Below, in pieces: positions 26,413-40,104 of a DNA stretch of 64,000 bases. The stretch is from contig OY740806.1 of assembly GCA_963514005.1 (NCBI GenBank), positions 24,056,001 through 24,120,000 on the forward strand, written 5' to 3'. How positions within the stretch are numbered: position 1 is the stretch's first letter; every line of letters starts with the position of its first letter. The position numbers and the translations under genes are program-made. This DNA is from Raja brachyura. Lineage: Eukaryota. The notes below the pieces were generated by a model that made no database searches, was not told the origin of the DNA, and saw nothing but the letters and a program-made list of their open reading frames with translations.

Positions 26413-26813
26413 ATACTAGATGAGAGGGGAAAAGTTTAAAGATGTGTGGACAGGTGTTTTATACAGAGCATGGTGGATGCCTGGAATATGCTGAGGGGAT
26501 GGTGGTCAGGGCAGATACAATGGTGGCATTTAAGAAGCTTTTAAACAAGCGTGGACGTGCAGGGAATGAAGGGACGTGGATCATGTGTAGACAGAGGAGA
26601 TTATCTTAACTTGGCATCACATTTGGCACGAACATTGTGGGCCGAAAGGCCTGTTGATGCACTGTATTGTTCTATGGTCTATTTTTCCCAATATCAGTGT
26701 GAGGGGCAAGAGATACAGAACTGCACATTGGACAGATGATGGGCCCAGGCAGAAAACCAATTAAGTACAGAACCCGCACAATTGTTTTACGATCCATATT
26801 TGTTTATTTCCAG

Positions 26814-26883
26814 AGAGCCTGCCAGTCCAGATTTCAGCAACGAGGCTCAGGAGACTTACCAAGCCCTGAGGCAGTTTGACTGA
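26814..26883 (+). CDS. HOATZ: HOATZ terminal coding exon, (P)EPASPDFSNEAQETYQALRQFD*
   Basis: tttatttccag| acceptor; phase 2 joins the previous exon in frame. Ends like recalled human EDQEEVKTLD*; AATAAA 66 nt after the stop. Confidence 0.75.
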
Positions 26884-26948
26884 ATATTAAGAAAATCCTT
26901 TGGAAACACAGAAACCTTTGCGAAAAGATGAATAACTTACTTGGAGTC

Positions 26949-26954
26949 AATAAA
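26949..26954 (+). terminator. Candidate polyadenylation signal of HOATZ
   Basis: AATAAA followed by T-rich downstream sequence. Confidence 0.55.
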
Positions 26955-27145
26955 TTATTGTTTCCTTAACCTATACCTACTTTGTCTTTTTAATTCTCTA
27001 TTTTGTAACTTTTCTACAGTCGGCAATTCCTATTTTCATTTGCCGAGCGGGTGATGCAGTGATATTTATGTCTGAGTAAATTATATGATTTATTGAAGCC
27101 TACTGTTTCCAGAGGTCGGTCAACACGGCCTATAAATCAGATCAG

Positions 27146-27217
27146 ATTGTGCAATCGTCACGTGCAAGTTTAATATAAATATAGTTTCCCACGTGAGATT
27201 ATCAACAGCTTGAGTCA
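27146..27217. promoter_or_regulatory. Candidate enhancer motif cluster (C/EBP, two E-boxes, AP-1)
   Basis: ATTGTGCAAT at 27146-27155; CACGTG at 27159 and 27190; TGAGTCA at 27211-27217; in sequence not recognised as repeat. Confidence 0.4.
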
Positions 27218-28594
27218 TGCATGTAATGTCATCACGGGTCTTGTGTCATGCATTTCATTCAAATTTGAGCTTTTGGGCATTTTATATGATCATTGATAAT
27301 CACTCACAAAAACATTAGGAATGCATGTCTCAGCAAGGAGTCTCAGGCCCTGCACTATGTCATGGATGTATTTTACGAAAGGACATTAGTTATTAACCCT
27401 TTGAGCCTGGTCCACCATTGAACAAATTCATGGCTGAGATTCTACTTTTCCACCACTACCCCCATCCCCTTTGATACGCTTAATGTCCAGAAATCTTATC
27501 AATCTCTTTTGAATGAACACAACGACTGGCAAATTCTGTGTGGTTCTGACTCATTTTTCAGTGGTCAGCATGTGATATTTATGTCAGCGATGGTCACTTG
27601 AGTGTTTACAGTCTTTCTTTGGAAATTATATCTGAGCCACAAACTGCAATCACAGCAAATTTGCATTTATTTCACATGACTATTAATCCTTACTTACATT
27701 CCATGGTTTGCCATCTATATCTATCCATTGAACTAATGACACAGCAGTGCACCTCAAGGTGTGAAACCTAGTTTTATGTCTCCAAAGCAGTGTGTAAGAA
27801 AGTTATTTAAAAATATGTGTTTGGTTGGACTTGCTGCAATGTCTGTTTCCAATCGGGCTGTAAACAGTCCGATTATGTTTCCAGCTGATTACGTTTCCAG
27901 CTTGGGGTGAAAAATGATGTAGCATTTTTAACTTCATATCCAGGTCTACTCAGTGAAGCTCTGAGTCATTTTTTAGTACCAATTGATTAAGAATGAATAA
28001 GTTTATTGGCCAAGTATGTACAGACACAAAGAATTTGCCTTGGTGCTCCACTTGCAAGTAACAACACGACATACAGTAAACCATTAAGAATAAAATATTA
28101 TAGTTTAAACATGTTAATGAAATAAAATACCAGAGCAAAATGAATGTGGAACTTTGGAGAAGTGTTTTATTTTAAGAGCTGGTATTGCTTTCTGGAAATC
28201 TACAAGGAAAATTGCAGCTCTCTCCTTACAATGCTTGGAGAACATATTAATAACCCTAAGGAAAGACCCAGGGATTGATAGCTAACAACATTTGAGATTT
28301 AACTCCCAAGAGCTGGCAGATCATGAATAATAAGAGCAAGGATAATGTCACTGAATTACAAAATATTTAAAATATTTGTGATCCTTTAATTGGATTTCAG
28401 TTTATAACTGACATCCAGGTGTGTGGATATGATTCAGTGGTTCATTACCCACCTCTGAGGGAGTAAAGTGGCAGATTTGAGATTGTTTTAGAACTTGATT
28501 GCATAATTTAGACTCCCCCTCAGTGCAGTACCGTGGGAGTGTTAAAGATGCCAACTTTAAGCTGTCAAATTCTGCCTCCTGGATGAAAGCCACT

Positions 28595-28643
28595 CTGACC
28601 ATCAAGTCTGACCATCTGACCATTCTGACCACTCTGGCCATCT
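28595..28643. repeat. Short tandem repeat (tctgacca-like units)
   Basis: About five copies of tctgacca/tctggcca. Confidence 0.7.
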
Positions 28644-29189
28644 GTTCATTTTGTGATTGTAGAACATACTGGAACATCTTCAATATGATAGTATTTAAAT
28701 TCCTGTCTATATCTCTTGATAGATACCTTTATCAGTCGGAATTCATTTCTCAACCAACACCGATATTAAAATCAATTGCTATTCAGTTATCACCCGGGAC
28801 AATCCCATGTTCAAATTGACAGCCATGTTCACCTACTTAACAACATCTTTTGTTCTTGAAAGCAGCTCACTGTGTTGCTTTGGGATGTTTCTGAAAGATG
28901 GCAACAGAGCTGTATAAACATTTTTTTCCTTTCTGATCTGCTCTCAAATAATCTTAAGTTTCCCAGGACACCCATTCAGTAAGTCTCTCGCCGTTGATAG
29001 TGCTGCAGCCTTTGTTGGTTCTACAAAACAGATGTTCTCAAGCGGGATACATTAGTCATACAAAAACCAAGCCATAATTACAGATATAATTACATCTTAA
29101 TTTACAGCTGGGAACAAAAACCTTTTGGAAAGCCTGCCAATCATGAAATGCACTGGGGAGCAGTCAGAGGCGGTTGGAGGCACGTTTAA

Positions 29190-29375
29190 CTGGAGATGCT
29201 GGAATCTTGAGCAAAACACAGAGTGATGGAGAAACTCAGTGGGTCAGGCAGCATCTGTGAAGGGAATGAACAGACAACATTTCTAGTCAGTACCCTTCTT
29301 GAAGGATCTCAACCTGAAATGTCGTCTGTCTATTCCCTTCACAGATGCTGCCTGACCTGCTGAGTTCCACCAACA
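29190..29375. mobile_element. Fold-back pair of Penelope-derived termini
   Basis: ggtcaggcagcatctgtgaagggaat ... attcccttcacagatgctgcctgacc inverted arms with decayed cores at the centre. Confidence 0.7.
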
Positions 29376-32064
29376 ATTGAATTTGAATTGTGAACATAGA
29401 TAGGGTGGCAGATATATTTGAACACATTCGTTGCATTTCTGAATTTCCAAAACTGAATAAGCTTCAAAATGCAAGGTGAAAGATAATGTTCAATTCCTGG
29501 ACTTATGAGTCCAAGTTCCTGGACGACCATCTCAAACCAAATGAATGGTGGAAAATAACTGAGGCATAATTGAAATTACCATCAGATAGTTGCAAACCAC
29601 AAAGGAGAATATTAAACGTGTTATTAAAATGATGAGGGTACAATATCTGGCACAAGAGACTGCAGATGCAGGAGTCTGTGACACAAAATGTCGACTATCC
29701 ATTTCATTCATGGCATTCACCTGTACATTCCCCTCCAGAGATGCTGCTTAATCTGTGGGGTTTTCCAGCAACTCTCTATTTTTTTCCATGGATAACATAC
29801 CTGCCATTTTATGTACCATTCAGCCAAAATTAAATTCCTATTCCTGCTTCGCTTTTTTGACAGCAACAGTACTATTCCATTCACGGCGCAGAAACCAATT
29901 CACATTAGTTGTTCGACATGAATTATAATTGCCTACTGTATCACTTTTTCACAAAATTAGGGAGGAACAAGAAATGCTGTCCATGTCAGAAGCACTCCCA
30001 CCTGTGAATGAACAGAGAGGGTGGTTGAGGCAAATGAACTAGCAATATTCAGAAGGGAAATTGTTAAATATATAAAGGAGCACCATTTTCAAAGTATGGG
30101 GATAGAATTGAGCAACATATTTAATAGGTTTATAAATGAGCCACCACAGACACATTAATCTGTATAGCTTTCTCCTGCATCATAACATTCTAATTGAGAG
30201 GGTGCAAGTACCTTTGTGTGAAATCTGGTGATTACCCTGTATATAACATGGACCTGGTTATCAATCTGTAACACTTTCGAGTTATTAGCTGTAATCAGCC
30301 ATCATGTGTACAACATGCATTTAGTTATCAGCTGCTCTATGAAAAAATGCATCTGACTATAGATTATATTATTTGGATATTGTTTATCTGTATATAGTAT
30401 GCATCGAGCTATCAGTTGTCCTGTATGTAGTATATATCTTGTTATTGGTTATCTCGGGTATAAGCAGAAGAGGTAGATTGTTATCTTGAACGTAATGCTC
30501 CCAGTTCTGAGCAAGGTTTGTTGCAGAGACCTTCAATGGGATGTCCCCAAATGTACAGTGTAAGTTCCCGGGGAACAGTATCCAACTGGGAAAGAAGGAC
30601 ACTTTTTATGAGCTCCCTTCTTTTGGAAAGAATTTGGAGTGACCATTTGGAGTGGGGAAAGGAATTAGTAAACAAAAATATGTTGTGCGTACTAATGAGT
30701 ACAAGTTTTCAAACAGAGAGACCACAGTTGGTAGCAGATTCTGCCTGGGAAGTGCACTTGCCTACCACTTGCTGAAATGATATGTTGCATCTTCCTATTC
30801 TGGTAGCACTGCCAATCAAAGTGGAAACTAATGGTAGCATTTGGAGAGGATCCATAAACATCTGGACTGCTCGGCATGTTAGTAAGATTTCTTTCCATTC
30901 TCTGGGGACAGTGCTATAAAGCACAGAGCTTATGCAAGCAGATTAAGCTCCAGTTGCATCGTAATAATTAAATATTACACTCATTCCATCAATGAAGTAC
31001 AACAGTTTAATTAGATTTATGCACAGTGTTCCCAAGAGGAACATTCTAAAACATCACTCAAAAACATAAATATATAAACGCGTACACAAATGTGAAATAC
31101 CCACTGGACCCATTTATAGTATTTAACATGAATGTTTAAAGCAAAGTTTGCAAGCCATTTTGGGAATAACAAATATCCAAGAGGGGATCACTAAGAAATA
31201 TCCAGGAGTCACTTGCTTAATATGGCACAGAGGGAGACCATTTGGCCCAGGACAGCACTCAATTGAGAAATCCCATTTGTCCCACTGCCCATCTTATTTC
31301 CCTGAAATTATTCTCTCTCAAATGCCGCTTGATTCTTTGGTCACAAATCCATACCTAAGGGGCAACTAATACATCTTTTGGACACAGGAAATAACATGAA
31401 ATCCTATGCAATTGACAATGAGGTAGAGCAAAATCCCTGGATCTTAAAGGCAGAAGCATCGTTTGCTTCTCTGCTGTGTCATGGTTATTTGCAGACTGAT
31501 CTATATCATAGAAATAGTCACACGTAGTAGAATAATTAAAACGGTGTCACAATAGACTGACTGATAACCACGAAAGAGCAAAATGGATTGAATAATCCAT
31601 ACCCAGTGAAGTTGCATATAGAATAATCACAAGAGAGTGGGTCACTCATACAGAAAATTATAGTCATATGTTGAATAGCCTATAACCAGGAAAGAGCCAT
31701 ATACAGAAGAACTAATAACCAGAGATAGTTTTGGAGGCAGGGATCACACAATATGATCATGCATTGCGTAACCTTAACTGGGAGATACACTGTAGATGGT
31801 GATCGTCAGAATCACTAAAAGGTTAATTAATAGTCGGGTGAGTGCCACTGACACTAAATAGTCAACCAGTGTGATAGTGCATGAGAGTCTAAATCACACT
31901 GGACAGTGCATAATCTAATCCTAGATAAGGAGAAATGGAAGAACAAGAATACAGAAGAGGTAGGAATAGACTATATGAGCTCTCCATCTGCTTTGTTATT
32001 AAATAAGAGCATAAAAGATCCTCTGACACACCCTCTTTCCTTTATCTCGACATCTTGTTGGTTC

Positions 32065-32400
32065 AAAGATTGACACAAAAAGCTGGAGTAACTCAGCGGG
32101 TCAGACAGCAACTGGAGAAAAGGAATTGGTGACGTTTTTGGTCGAGATCCTTTATCACAGACAGCATCCGTAGTCAGGATTGAACCCAGGTCTCCGGTGC
32201 TGTATTGCAGCAACTGTACCGCTGTGCCACTGTGCCACCCATTTGCTTGCTATCAAAATTCACAGAGTCTGATGAAGGGTCTCGAGCCGACTCGTCACCC
32301 ATTCCTTTTCTCCTGAGATGCTGTCTGACCCGCTGAGCTACTCCAGCTTTTTGCGTCTATCTTCGGTTTAAACCAGCATCTGCAGTTCCGTCCTACACAT
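32065..32400. mobile_element. Fold-back Penelope-derived termini interrupted by a SINE head
   Basis: Minus-strand copy at 32065-32152, HE1 head fragment at ~32155-32240, plus-strand copy CTGATGA-agggtctcgagcc-gactc-GTC from 32269. Confidence 0.65.
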
Positions 32401-32455
32401 CTTGTAGGTTCAAAACTCTATTGCTCTCTGTCTTCAAGATGGAGTATCTGAAGTT

Positions 32456-32508
32456 TGGTGAAGAAAAATTGGTGAAGAAAAATTCAAGTTGGTGAAGAAA
32501 AATTCAAA
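32456..32508. repeat. Tandem repeat ttggtgaagaaaaa x3
   Basis: Three direct copies visible. Confidence 0.8.
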
Positions 32509-33661
32509 GATTCGCAGTTCTCAAGCAAGACAAGATAACTTAATTGTTATATGTCCCAACAATGGAACAATGAAATTCTTAATTGCTATAGTTTAATAGG
32601 CCTGTAAATACACTGGCAATAATACACTGATAATATTTCATAAAAATATAATAATCATAACACTAGGTGACCATAAAAGCACAAAAACTGAAGTATGTAG
32701 TGCAGCCCAAATCAGTGCATAGACTACAGTCCATCAGATCTGAAGAAGGGTCTCCTTCGCTCCTTAGATGCTGCTGCACCCGCTGAGTTTCTCCAGCCTT
32801 TTGTGTACCGTTCATCAGATCATAGTTGCTGAGGTTAGTGTTGTGCAGTGTTCAAGTGCCTGATGGTTGCTGGAGAAAAAGCTGTTCTTCAACCGGGTGT
32901 TCTTCCTATCCAGGCGATATGTCTGCCTCTCTTTTCGGTGATTGACCCTCTAGACTGTTCTACTTGAGAAACAGTTCCTGAGGATAGATGACCAAAAATG
33001 TCATGAATATTTATGGTGCAATTTAAGAGGAGGAGAGGGATTTTGAGGGAACGTATTCGAAGCTTGCGCTTAGACAGCTGTAGGGAGGAGGGCCGGGATC
33101 GCAGAAGATTGCAAAGCGAAGGAGGTTTTGTAAATCCGAAAGAGAATTTTAGAATGAAGGTATGTGAAGTCAGGGAACCCGAAGTAGGGGCATTGTGGGA
33201 TGATGCTCTATGCGATTTAGGAAATGGAAGATAGAGTTTTGGATGATTTTAAGTTTATGGAGGGTTTACAGATGAAAGATCTTCTAAAGAACATTTTGGT
33301 TATTGTCTGCTTGCCTCTCGGGGGATTGTTCAGTATATCTCATCACCAACACATTTATTTTTCACTTGCTTGGCCAATGTATTATGATGTTAAAGGTTCC
33401 GGACATTACACCATCAATTAGACAACAAGGCAAGAGTAGGACTGATAAGAGTCCAAAAAAACAACGTGCTTGAACACAGCAGACCAGACAGCACCTGTAG
33501 AGGGAAAGGATCCCGAAGTCTGAAGGAGGATCCCAACCTGAAGCGTTGTTGTCCATTTCTCTCCACATTTCCCCCCAAAACTTGCTGAGTTCATCCAGCA
33601 CATTGTATTTTGCTCAAGATTCCAGTATCTATGATCGCTCGTGTATTTAATGATCTGCATG

Positions 33662-33945
33662 TTTAGTTTATAGATACAATGTGGAAACAGGTCCTTCAGC
33701 CCATCGAGTCTGCACCGACCAGCGATCACCCATACACCCATACACTTCTATCATACACACTAGGGACAATTTACAGAGGCCAATTTGCCTACAAACCTGC
33801 ACATCTTTGGAATGGGGAGGAAACCAGAGCATCCGGAGAAACCCCATGTGGTCACAGGGAAAACATATAAACTCTACACAGTATCTGTGGTCAGGATTGA
33901 ACCCGGATCTCTGGTGCTGTAAGACTGCAACTGTACTGCTGTGTC
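33662..33945 (-). mobile_element. HE1-type SINE
   Basis: Reverse-complement copy of the family. Confidence 0.75.
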
Positions 33946-35097
33946 CTATTGCATGCTATAAAATGTTCATAGAGTACATGGCAAATGATCCATATGGATT
34001 GAAATTAACAATTGAAGAAGATGCTGATAGATGGAAAGTGTTTTGCCTAACATTAAATAATCAATACTCCTCCCCCTTTTCCAGCATTCTCCTCCCTACT
34101 ACAATCAGTGTGGAGAAGGGTCCCAACCCAAAACATCACCTGTCTATGTCCTCCAGAGATGATGCCTGACCTGCTGAGTTACTCCAGGACTTTGTGTTCT
34201 GAGGCTTTTCCCTTCTTTTCAGTGGCGTGAGCAAGATGGGGAAGGGTATGATATTAGAGCACAGAGCAGGACAATGCACCATCCCTCAGACTGGCAGTAA
34301 AAGCATTACCATTGCTGGTGATGTGAAGCAATGTGGGTAGATAACAAATAAAATACATTCATTATCTTCAGGGATACTTGAACAAATTGCATTGATCGAA
34401 TGAGATACAGCAGACAGATTTTAACGTGGATAAACATTAGCTCATGCTTAAAGGGATGTATTACTTTCTGGCTTCAGGACTATGAACATGTTTAAAATGA
34501 GATTCATAGAGGTAAAGAAAGGAATATATTATATTTATTTTGAACTTTTACATCTTCGACATATTCTAATGTGCTTCAAAGCCAATTTTCAAAATGTAAT
34601 TAATTTGAGCATATATATTGATTTGTAGGTGAGCACAGTGGCCAACTGTGGACAGCAAGGCCCCACAAGTAAGTGTAAGATTACAGAATGAAACAATTGT
34701 TACAGTGCAAATTGACATCATTCAACCTATTGAATTTATTATGTAAGATGAAGTTTAATGTGGATGTTTTTCTAGGAAAAATGAGAAAAAGCAAATGTAT
34801 ACTCTTCTAAAAAGGGTGTAGATCTAGAGGGAACTGGGGCACATCGTTGATAGAACTGAGAAAATAATATACTGAGTATAAAATCAAGGATATCTTGGTG
34901 AACCTTTAGAAAATATGGATGCTGGAATATGGTGTTCAAGTTTGATCGCCTCTTTAAGAGGATGTGAAGATATTAGAGAGACCCATTTACAAGAATGAAT
35001 TCCAGGATTTGGACTACACTTACGAGAATGGATGGAGATACTTGGGCTGTTTTCTTTGGAGAAGGCGGAGGGGAGATTTGATAGAAGCATAGAAGAT

Positions 35098-35373
35098 AGG
35101 GCTGCATTGTGGCACATTGGTGGAGCTGCTGAATTATAGTGCCAGAGACCTGGGTTCAGAGTTTGTACATTCTCCCTGTGATCAAGCTGGTTTTCACTGG
35201 GTGCTCCAGTTTTCTCCCATATTCCAAAGACGTGCAGGTTTATAAGTTAGTTGGCTTCTGTAAATTGCCCCCAGTGTGTAGGATAGAACTAGTGCGTAAG
35301 GGTGATCGTTGGTTGGCGGGGACTCAGTGTGCCGAAGGGCCTGTTTCCACGCCATGTCCCAAAACTAAACTAA
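35098..35373 (+). mobile_element. HE1-type SINE nested in a decayed CR1
   Basis: Head, body and aactaaactaaac tail; CR1 motifs on both sides (e.g. DMRRNFFTQ). Confidence 0.7.
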
Positions 35374-36295
35374 ACATATAAAATGAAGAGGGGTCGGTAC
35401 AGAGTGGATACTAGAAAGTTGTTCCCTTTGGGTCCAAGACTAGGGGACAGATATATAAAGAGAAAGACGTGTGACATGAGAAGAAACTTTTTCACTCAAT
35501 GTTTGGTTGGTCTCTGGAATGTACAGCCTTCAGATATGGTCAAGTGGGGTTCAATTCAAGAGGGATAAATATATGGTGAGGAAAATGTTGCAAAGTTACA
35601 AAGATAAGGTTTGAAGTCTGGCATTAGTTCGCTCCTCCGGAAGAGAACCAGTGCAGTCACCATGGGTTGAATGGCCTCCTTCTGTGCAATAACCATTCTA
35701 CGTTTCCTTAATTCTTTTACCCTTAGCCTTTGGATGCCTGTCCAATTCCCTATTGAAAAGCCAAGTAATCTGCGTCAGTGAAGTTGATTTACCATTAAAT
35801 ATTAGTGGGGGAATGGAGTTGCTTTGCAAGATGGCATGGATTTGATGGGCCAAATGGCATCCTTCTCTATTGCAAGGAATGTTTCAAAATTGGCCAGATG
35901 TTGAGGTGAATTCTTCTATGAATAGACCTGTGGGATCATTTGTGAACAGTGACTCTCCGATTTACAATAACTGAGGGTACTGTCAACAGTGCAGCACCTC
36001 CATACCACAAAAATCCTTGTGAGGGGTTTATAAGGCCTGATGACTTATCAGGGGTGTGAGTCTTAACCAAGTCCCTTCCAACCTCCAGTTGCATTTTTAA
36101 GCAGGATAATCCTTTCCCATACACATTCCTTTTAAAGGGACCAACAAAAGCTAAGAGGGAATGATCCTCTGACCCCAACCAACAATAGGAAGACCATATC
36201 CTGAAGAGTAATGTACGGGTACAGAATCATGACAGCATCTAGTTCAGATCCATTTAGAAGTATTGTAAAATATTTTAATTAATATTTCTTGAGAA

Positions 36296-36802
36296 GCATA
36301 GAAACATAGAAACATAGAAATTAGGTGCAGGAGTAGGCCATTTGGACCTTCGAGCCTGCACCGCCATTCAATATGATCATGGCTGATCATCCAACTCAGT
36401 ATCCTGTACCTGCCTTCTCTCCATACCCTCTGATCCCCTTAGCTTCAAGGGCCACATCTAACTCCCTCTTAAATATAGCCAATGAACTGGCCTCAACTAC
36501 CCTCTGTGGCAGAGAGTTCCAGAGACTCACCACTCTCTGTGTGAAAAAAGTCTTTCTCATCTCGGTCTTAGAGGATTTCCCCCTTATCCTTAAGCTGTGA
36601 CCCCTTGTCCTGGACTTCCCCAACATCGGGAACAATCTTCCTGCATCTAGCCTATCCAGCCCCTTAAGAATTTTGTAAGTTTCTATAAGATCCCCTCTCA
36701 ATCTCCTAAATTCCAGAGAGTATAAACCAAGTCTATGCAGTCTTTCTTCATAAGACAGTCCTGACGTCCCAGAAATCAGTCTGGTGAACCTTCTCTGCAC
36801 TC
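36296..36802 (-). mobile_element. Well-preserved CR1/HER1-type LINE 3' fragment
   Basis: Open frame QRRFTRLISGTSGLSYEERLHRLGLYSLEFRRLRGDLIETYKILKG...RVVSLWNSLP; (tttctatg)n 8-bp tail. Confidence 0.92.
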
Positions 36803-37953
36803 CAAGGATTACAAAAATGATAACAGAATTACTCGATCATTTCCGCAAAGAAGGCAAAGACATTCCGTTGCATTTGTATAAATTTGGTGGTAAAATGGGT
36901 GGAAAACCCTTAAGGAACGAGATTAATGACTCAAATGGTTTTTTGCTGACTCCACACTTCCTTATTTTGCCGCTGCGTTTTCTAGTTTCGGAGGAAGAAT
37001 AAGAAACTGGTGACTCTGTTGAGATTTGGCACATGATAGTTCAGAGTTCAACGCATCCCCAAAATCCACAGTGGTTTACGATACCGCCGTGTACTTAATT
37101 AAATAAATACGTTGCTTATACGTAATGACTTTTGTAATCTCAGATCTCAGCAAAGCTCTTTGAAAGTAACTTTTAAAATGTGTATTCAATGCTGCAGCAG
37201 CTGATTTGTACATTGCAGGCTCCCACAAAAAGCAATGCGATCGGATTATGTTTTTGTGATGTTATCCGAGATAAATATTAGTCTGGAAATAGAGAATAAT
37301 GATCTTCTTCAAATGGAGCCATGACATTTTTTTATGTCCAGCTGAAGGCAGTTTCATTTTTCTTGGCCCAATGGGTATGACTGAACCTTTTGTCTGTGAC
37401 AGATCTGCTGATTGTTCTATTTTTCACTTCCTTCATGGCCGAATCATGTCCAGGAGTTTGACAGCAAACAACTGATGCCTTGTTATGTGGATGGCAAGCC
37501 TTTACATCAGCTCCTGAACATTTCGGTCTTCCTGCAGGAAGAGCTTTGTTTATTTTAGCCTTTGGCCGGAAGGAAATTAAATCCTGAATGCTTTCCAAGT
37601 GACGCAATGATAACAAAGAGGGCAAAAATGATAAATTGTGGAAATAGGTCTGGAATATGCAATTCAGACTACAGTTTATGCTCATGAGGAGGGTATTTGA
37701 GAGAATGGGTTGATTTGCACAAAGTGTCTGTTCGTCCTGTTCCTGTGCATTATGAAGGATCAGAGCATATCTCTCAGAAACATCCCAGTTATTCAACATG
37801 AAGAGCAAGACTACCGTGGAAGCACATAACAAGTTCCCCAACCACAACAGTTAGGTAAAAGACCAGCAAAGCTATTTTGGAATAGACATTAACCAGGGAG
37901 GTTCCCTGTTTACTGACTGGCAACATGCAATCTGTATCAGCCAAATCTCAATA

Positions 37954-38082
37954 AAACATAGAAACATAGAAATTAGGTGCAGGAGTAGGCCATTCGGCCC
38001 TTCGAGCCTGCACCGCCATTCAATATGATCATGGCTGATCATCCAACTCAGTATCCCGTACCTGCCTTCTCTCCATACCCTC
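37954..38082 (-). mobile_element. CR1 LINE extreme 3' end
   Basis: Near-identical to 36296-36430. Confidence 0.8.
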
Positions 38083-38693
38083 TGAGACATGCAACATAAA
38101 GGGTAACAGCTCTGTCAGCATTAGTACTTGCTCCACTGTGCTGGGTTGGCTGATGCGAGGTATCTCAATGGGAATGACTGATTTAGGCATCATTTATCTG
38201 TTGAATGACCTCTGGTGTCTGTCAATTTGGAGTCCAGCAAAAAACAAACCTGCATCAGATTTATGATTGCATCAAGGGATCATCATTGTGCTTCTTGCAG
38301 AGTTAATATTTGTGGAAAGATTTGTAAAGAGAACTTGGTGTATTGATATGGTAACTATGAGAGTGGTGTGGAAGAAAGGTAGGATCAGGAGGGGAGACGT
38401 GTAAAGGAATAAGGAAACGGGTGCGGAAATGAGAGACAAGTGTCCACCGCACTAATCAAAGTCGAGGGACTAAAATACTCTGTATATTAAAACAAAGGAG
38501 AATTTCCTGCAACACTGCACTGCTCTCCAAGTAAACCTGCAGTCTTTCAACATCCATTATATGTTTACATAGAATTGTACTCACATTCCCATAGACCCAA
38601 CAGTTTAAAAGTTTGTTTCACAGCAGAGTTTTCAGTAGCACAGTGTACAGGCAGCTGCTTCATACCTGCAGTAACCCCAGATTCAATCCTGAC

Positions 38694-38998
38694 TTTAGAC
38701 TTTACTTTAGAGATACAGCATGGAAACAGGCCCTTCGGCTCACTGAGTCCACGCCGACCAGCGATAAATCCCTACACTAGCACTATCCTACACACTAGGG
38801 ATAAATCACAATTTACAGAAGCCAATTACAACCTGTACATCTTTGGAATCTAGGAGGAAATTGGAGCACCTGGAAAAAACCCACGCGGTCACAGGGAAAA
38901 CGTACAAACTCCATACAGACAGCACTAAGGGTCAGGTTCGAACCTGGTTCTCTGGCACTGTAAGGCAGCAACTCTGCCGCTGCGCCACTGTGCCACCC
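38694..38998 (-). mobile_element. HE1-type SINE
   Basis: Nearly full-length reverse copy ending in tgcgccactgtgccaccc. Confidence 0.8.
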
Positions 38999-40104
38999 CA
39001 CTGTGACCTCCAATGTAGACCTTGTTTGCACACCCTTCCTCTGACCTCTTAGTTTTCTTTGGGTGATCTGGTGTCCTCTCATATTTCAAAGTCCTGCTGG
39101 TTAATTGACTCCTGTAAATTATCCTCAGTGTTGGTGGCTGTTGGGAGAATCACAGAGGAGTCGATGCGCATATGAGAGAATATGTTACAAGGAAATGTGG
39201 GCAAATATCATTAACGGGAATATTCAGAGAGCCAACGCAGATTCGATCAACTGAATGGCCTCATTCCATGTCATAGGGAAATACGAAAATAAGATAAAAC
39301 TCACCCTGTTATCATTGAACCATACAGCACTGTGGGGTTATTTAGCTCATTGAGCCAACTCTGTGAAAAACTTCAACCCACACCAGTTCTCTTTCTTTGT
39401 AGCCATGCAGATTTTAAATATTCACATTTATATGCTCGGCTCTTTTGAAAATTACTATTGAATCTGTTTCCATTGCCCTTTCAGGCAGTGAATTTCAGCT
39501 CATAACAACGGTATATAAGACTATTCCCCAGTCTCTTCTCTTTTCCTTCCCAATAATCATAAATCTTTTTACTATTCGATAACTAATCCTCTTGCCAGTG
39601 GAAAGAAATGTCTCCCTTTGTTTCTCCCAGGCTAAAGAGTAAAATAAACAAAGCTCTTCCTGCAGGAAGACAAATGTTCAGGAGATGAGGTAAAGGGTTG
39701 TCATGCACGTAACAAGGTTCGGAACATGTCCAAAGCTTACCATTTATCTTATCCCCTCTCCCCACTTTAAACGAGCAGGCAGTGTTGCCAAACTGGCTCC
39801 CAACAATTTTAAATATGATAATAATTTCTGAGTTCTTTAGCATATCTATATTTTATTGCAGTTCCTATTGGTTTGGGGATCTAGCTACTGAATTTTGGTT
39901 TGCTTTAACCATTTTCACAAATGTGAACCTCTATAAATTAATACAGTTAATATATTGGGAAGCGACTTACATTTTTGGGTGGTATTTTTAAACTGTTCTC
40001 TGGTTAATTGGTTTATTGATCAGACTCCCTCTGCTGTTCCTTCTGTAATGGTTAAAAAGTGCTGATCTTTAGGAACAGCTGGTTTCCTGCAGTCCCACTG
40101 CACC

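Larger units (their letters stand above)
24955..26680 (+). mobile_element. Decayed CR1 LINE (RT to 3' UTR) with nested MITE and SINE
   Basis: Recognisable DFSQAFDEV.H and SGVLQG RT motifs, plus ESVQKRFTRMLPGL; interrupted at 25395 and 26086. Confidence 0.75.

Noticed and set aside
31470-31930. Possible highly decayed tandem array (atcac/agtca-rich)
   Set aside because: No consistent period could be established by eye.
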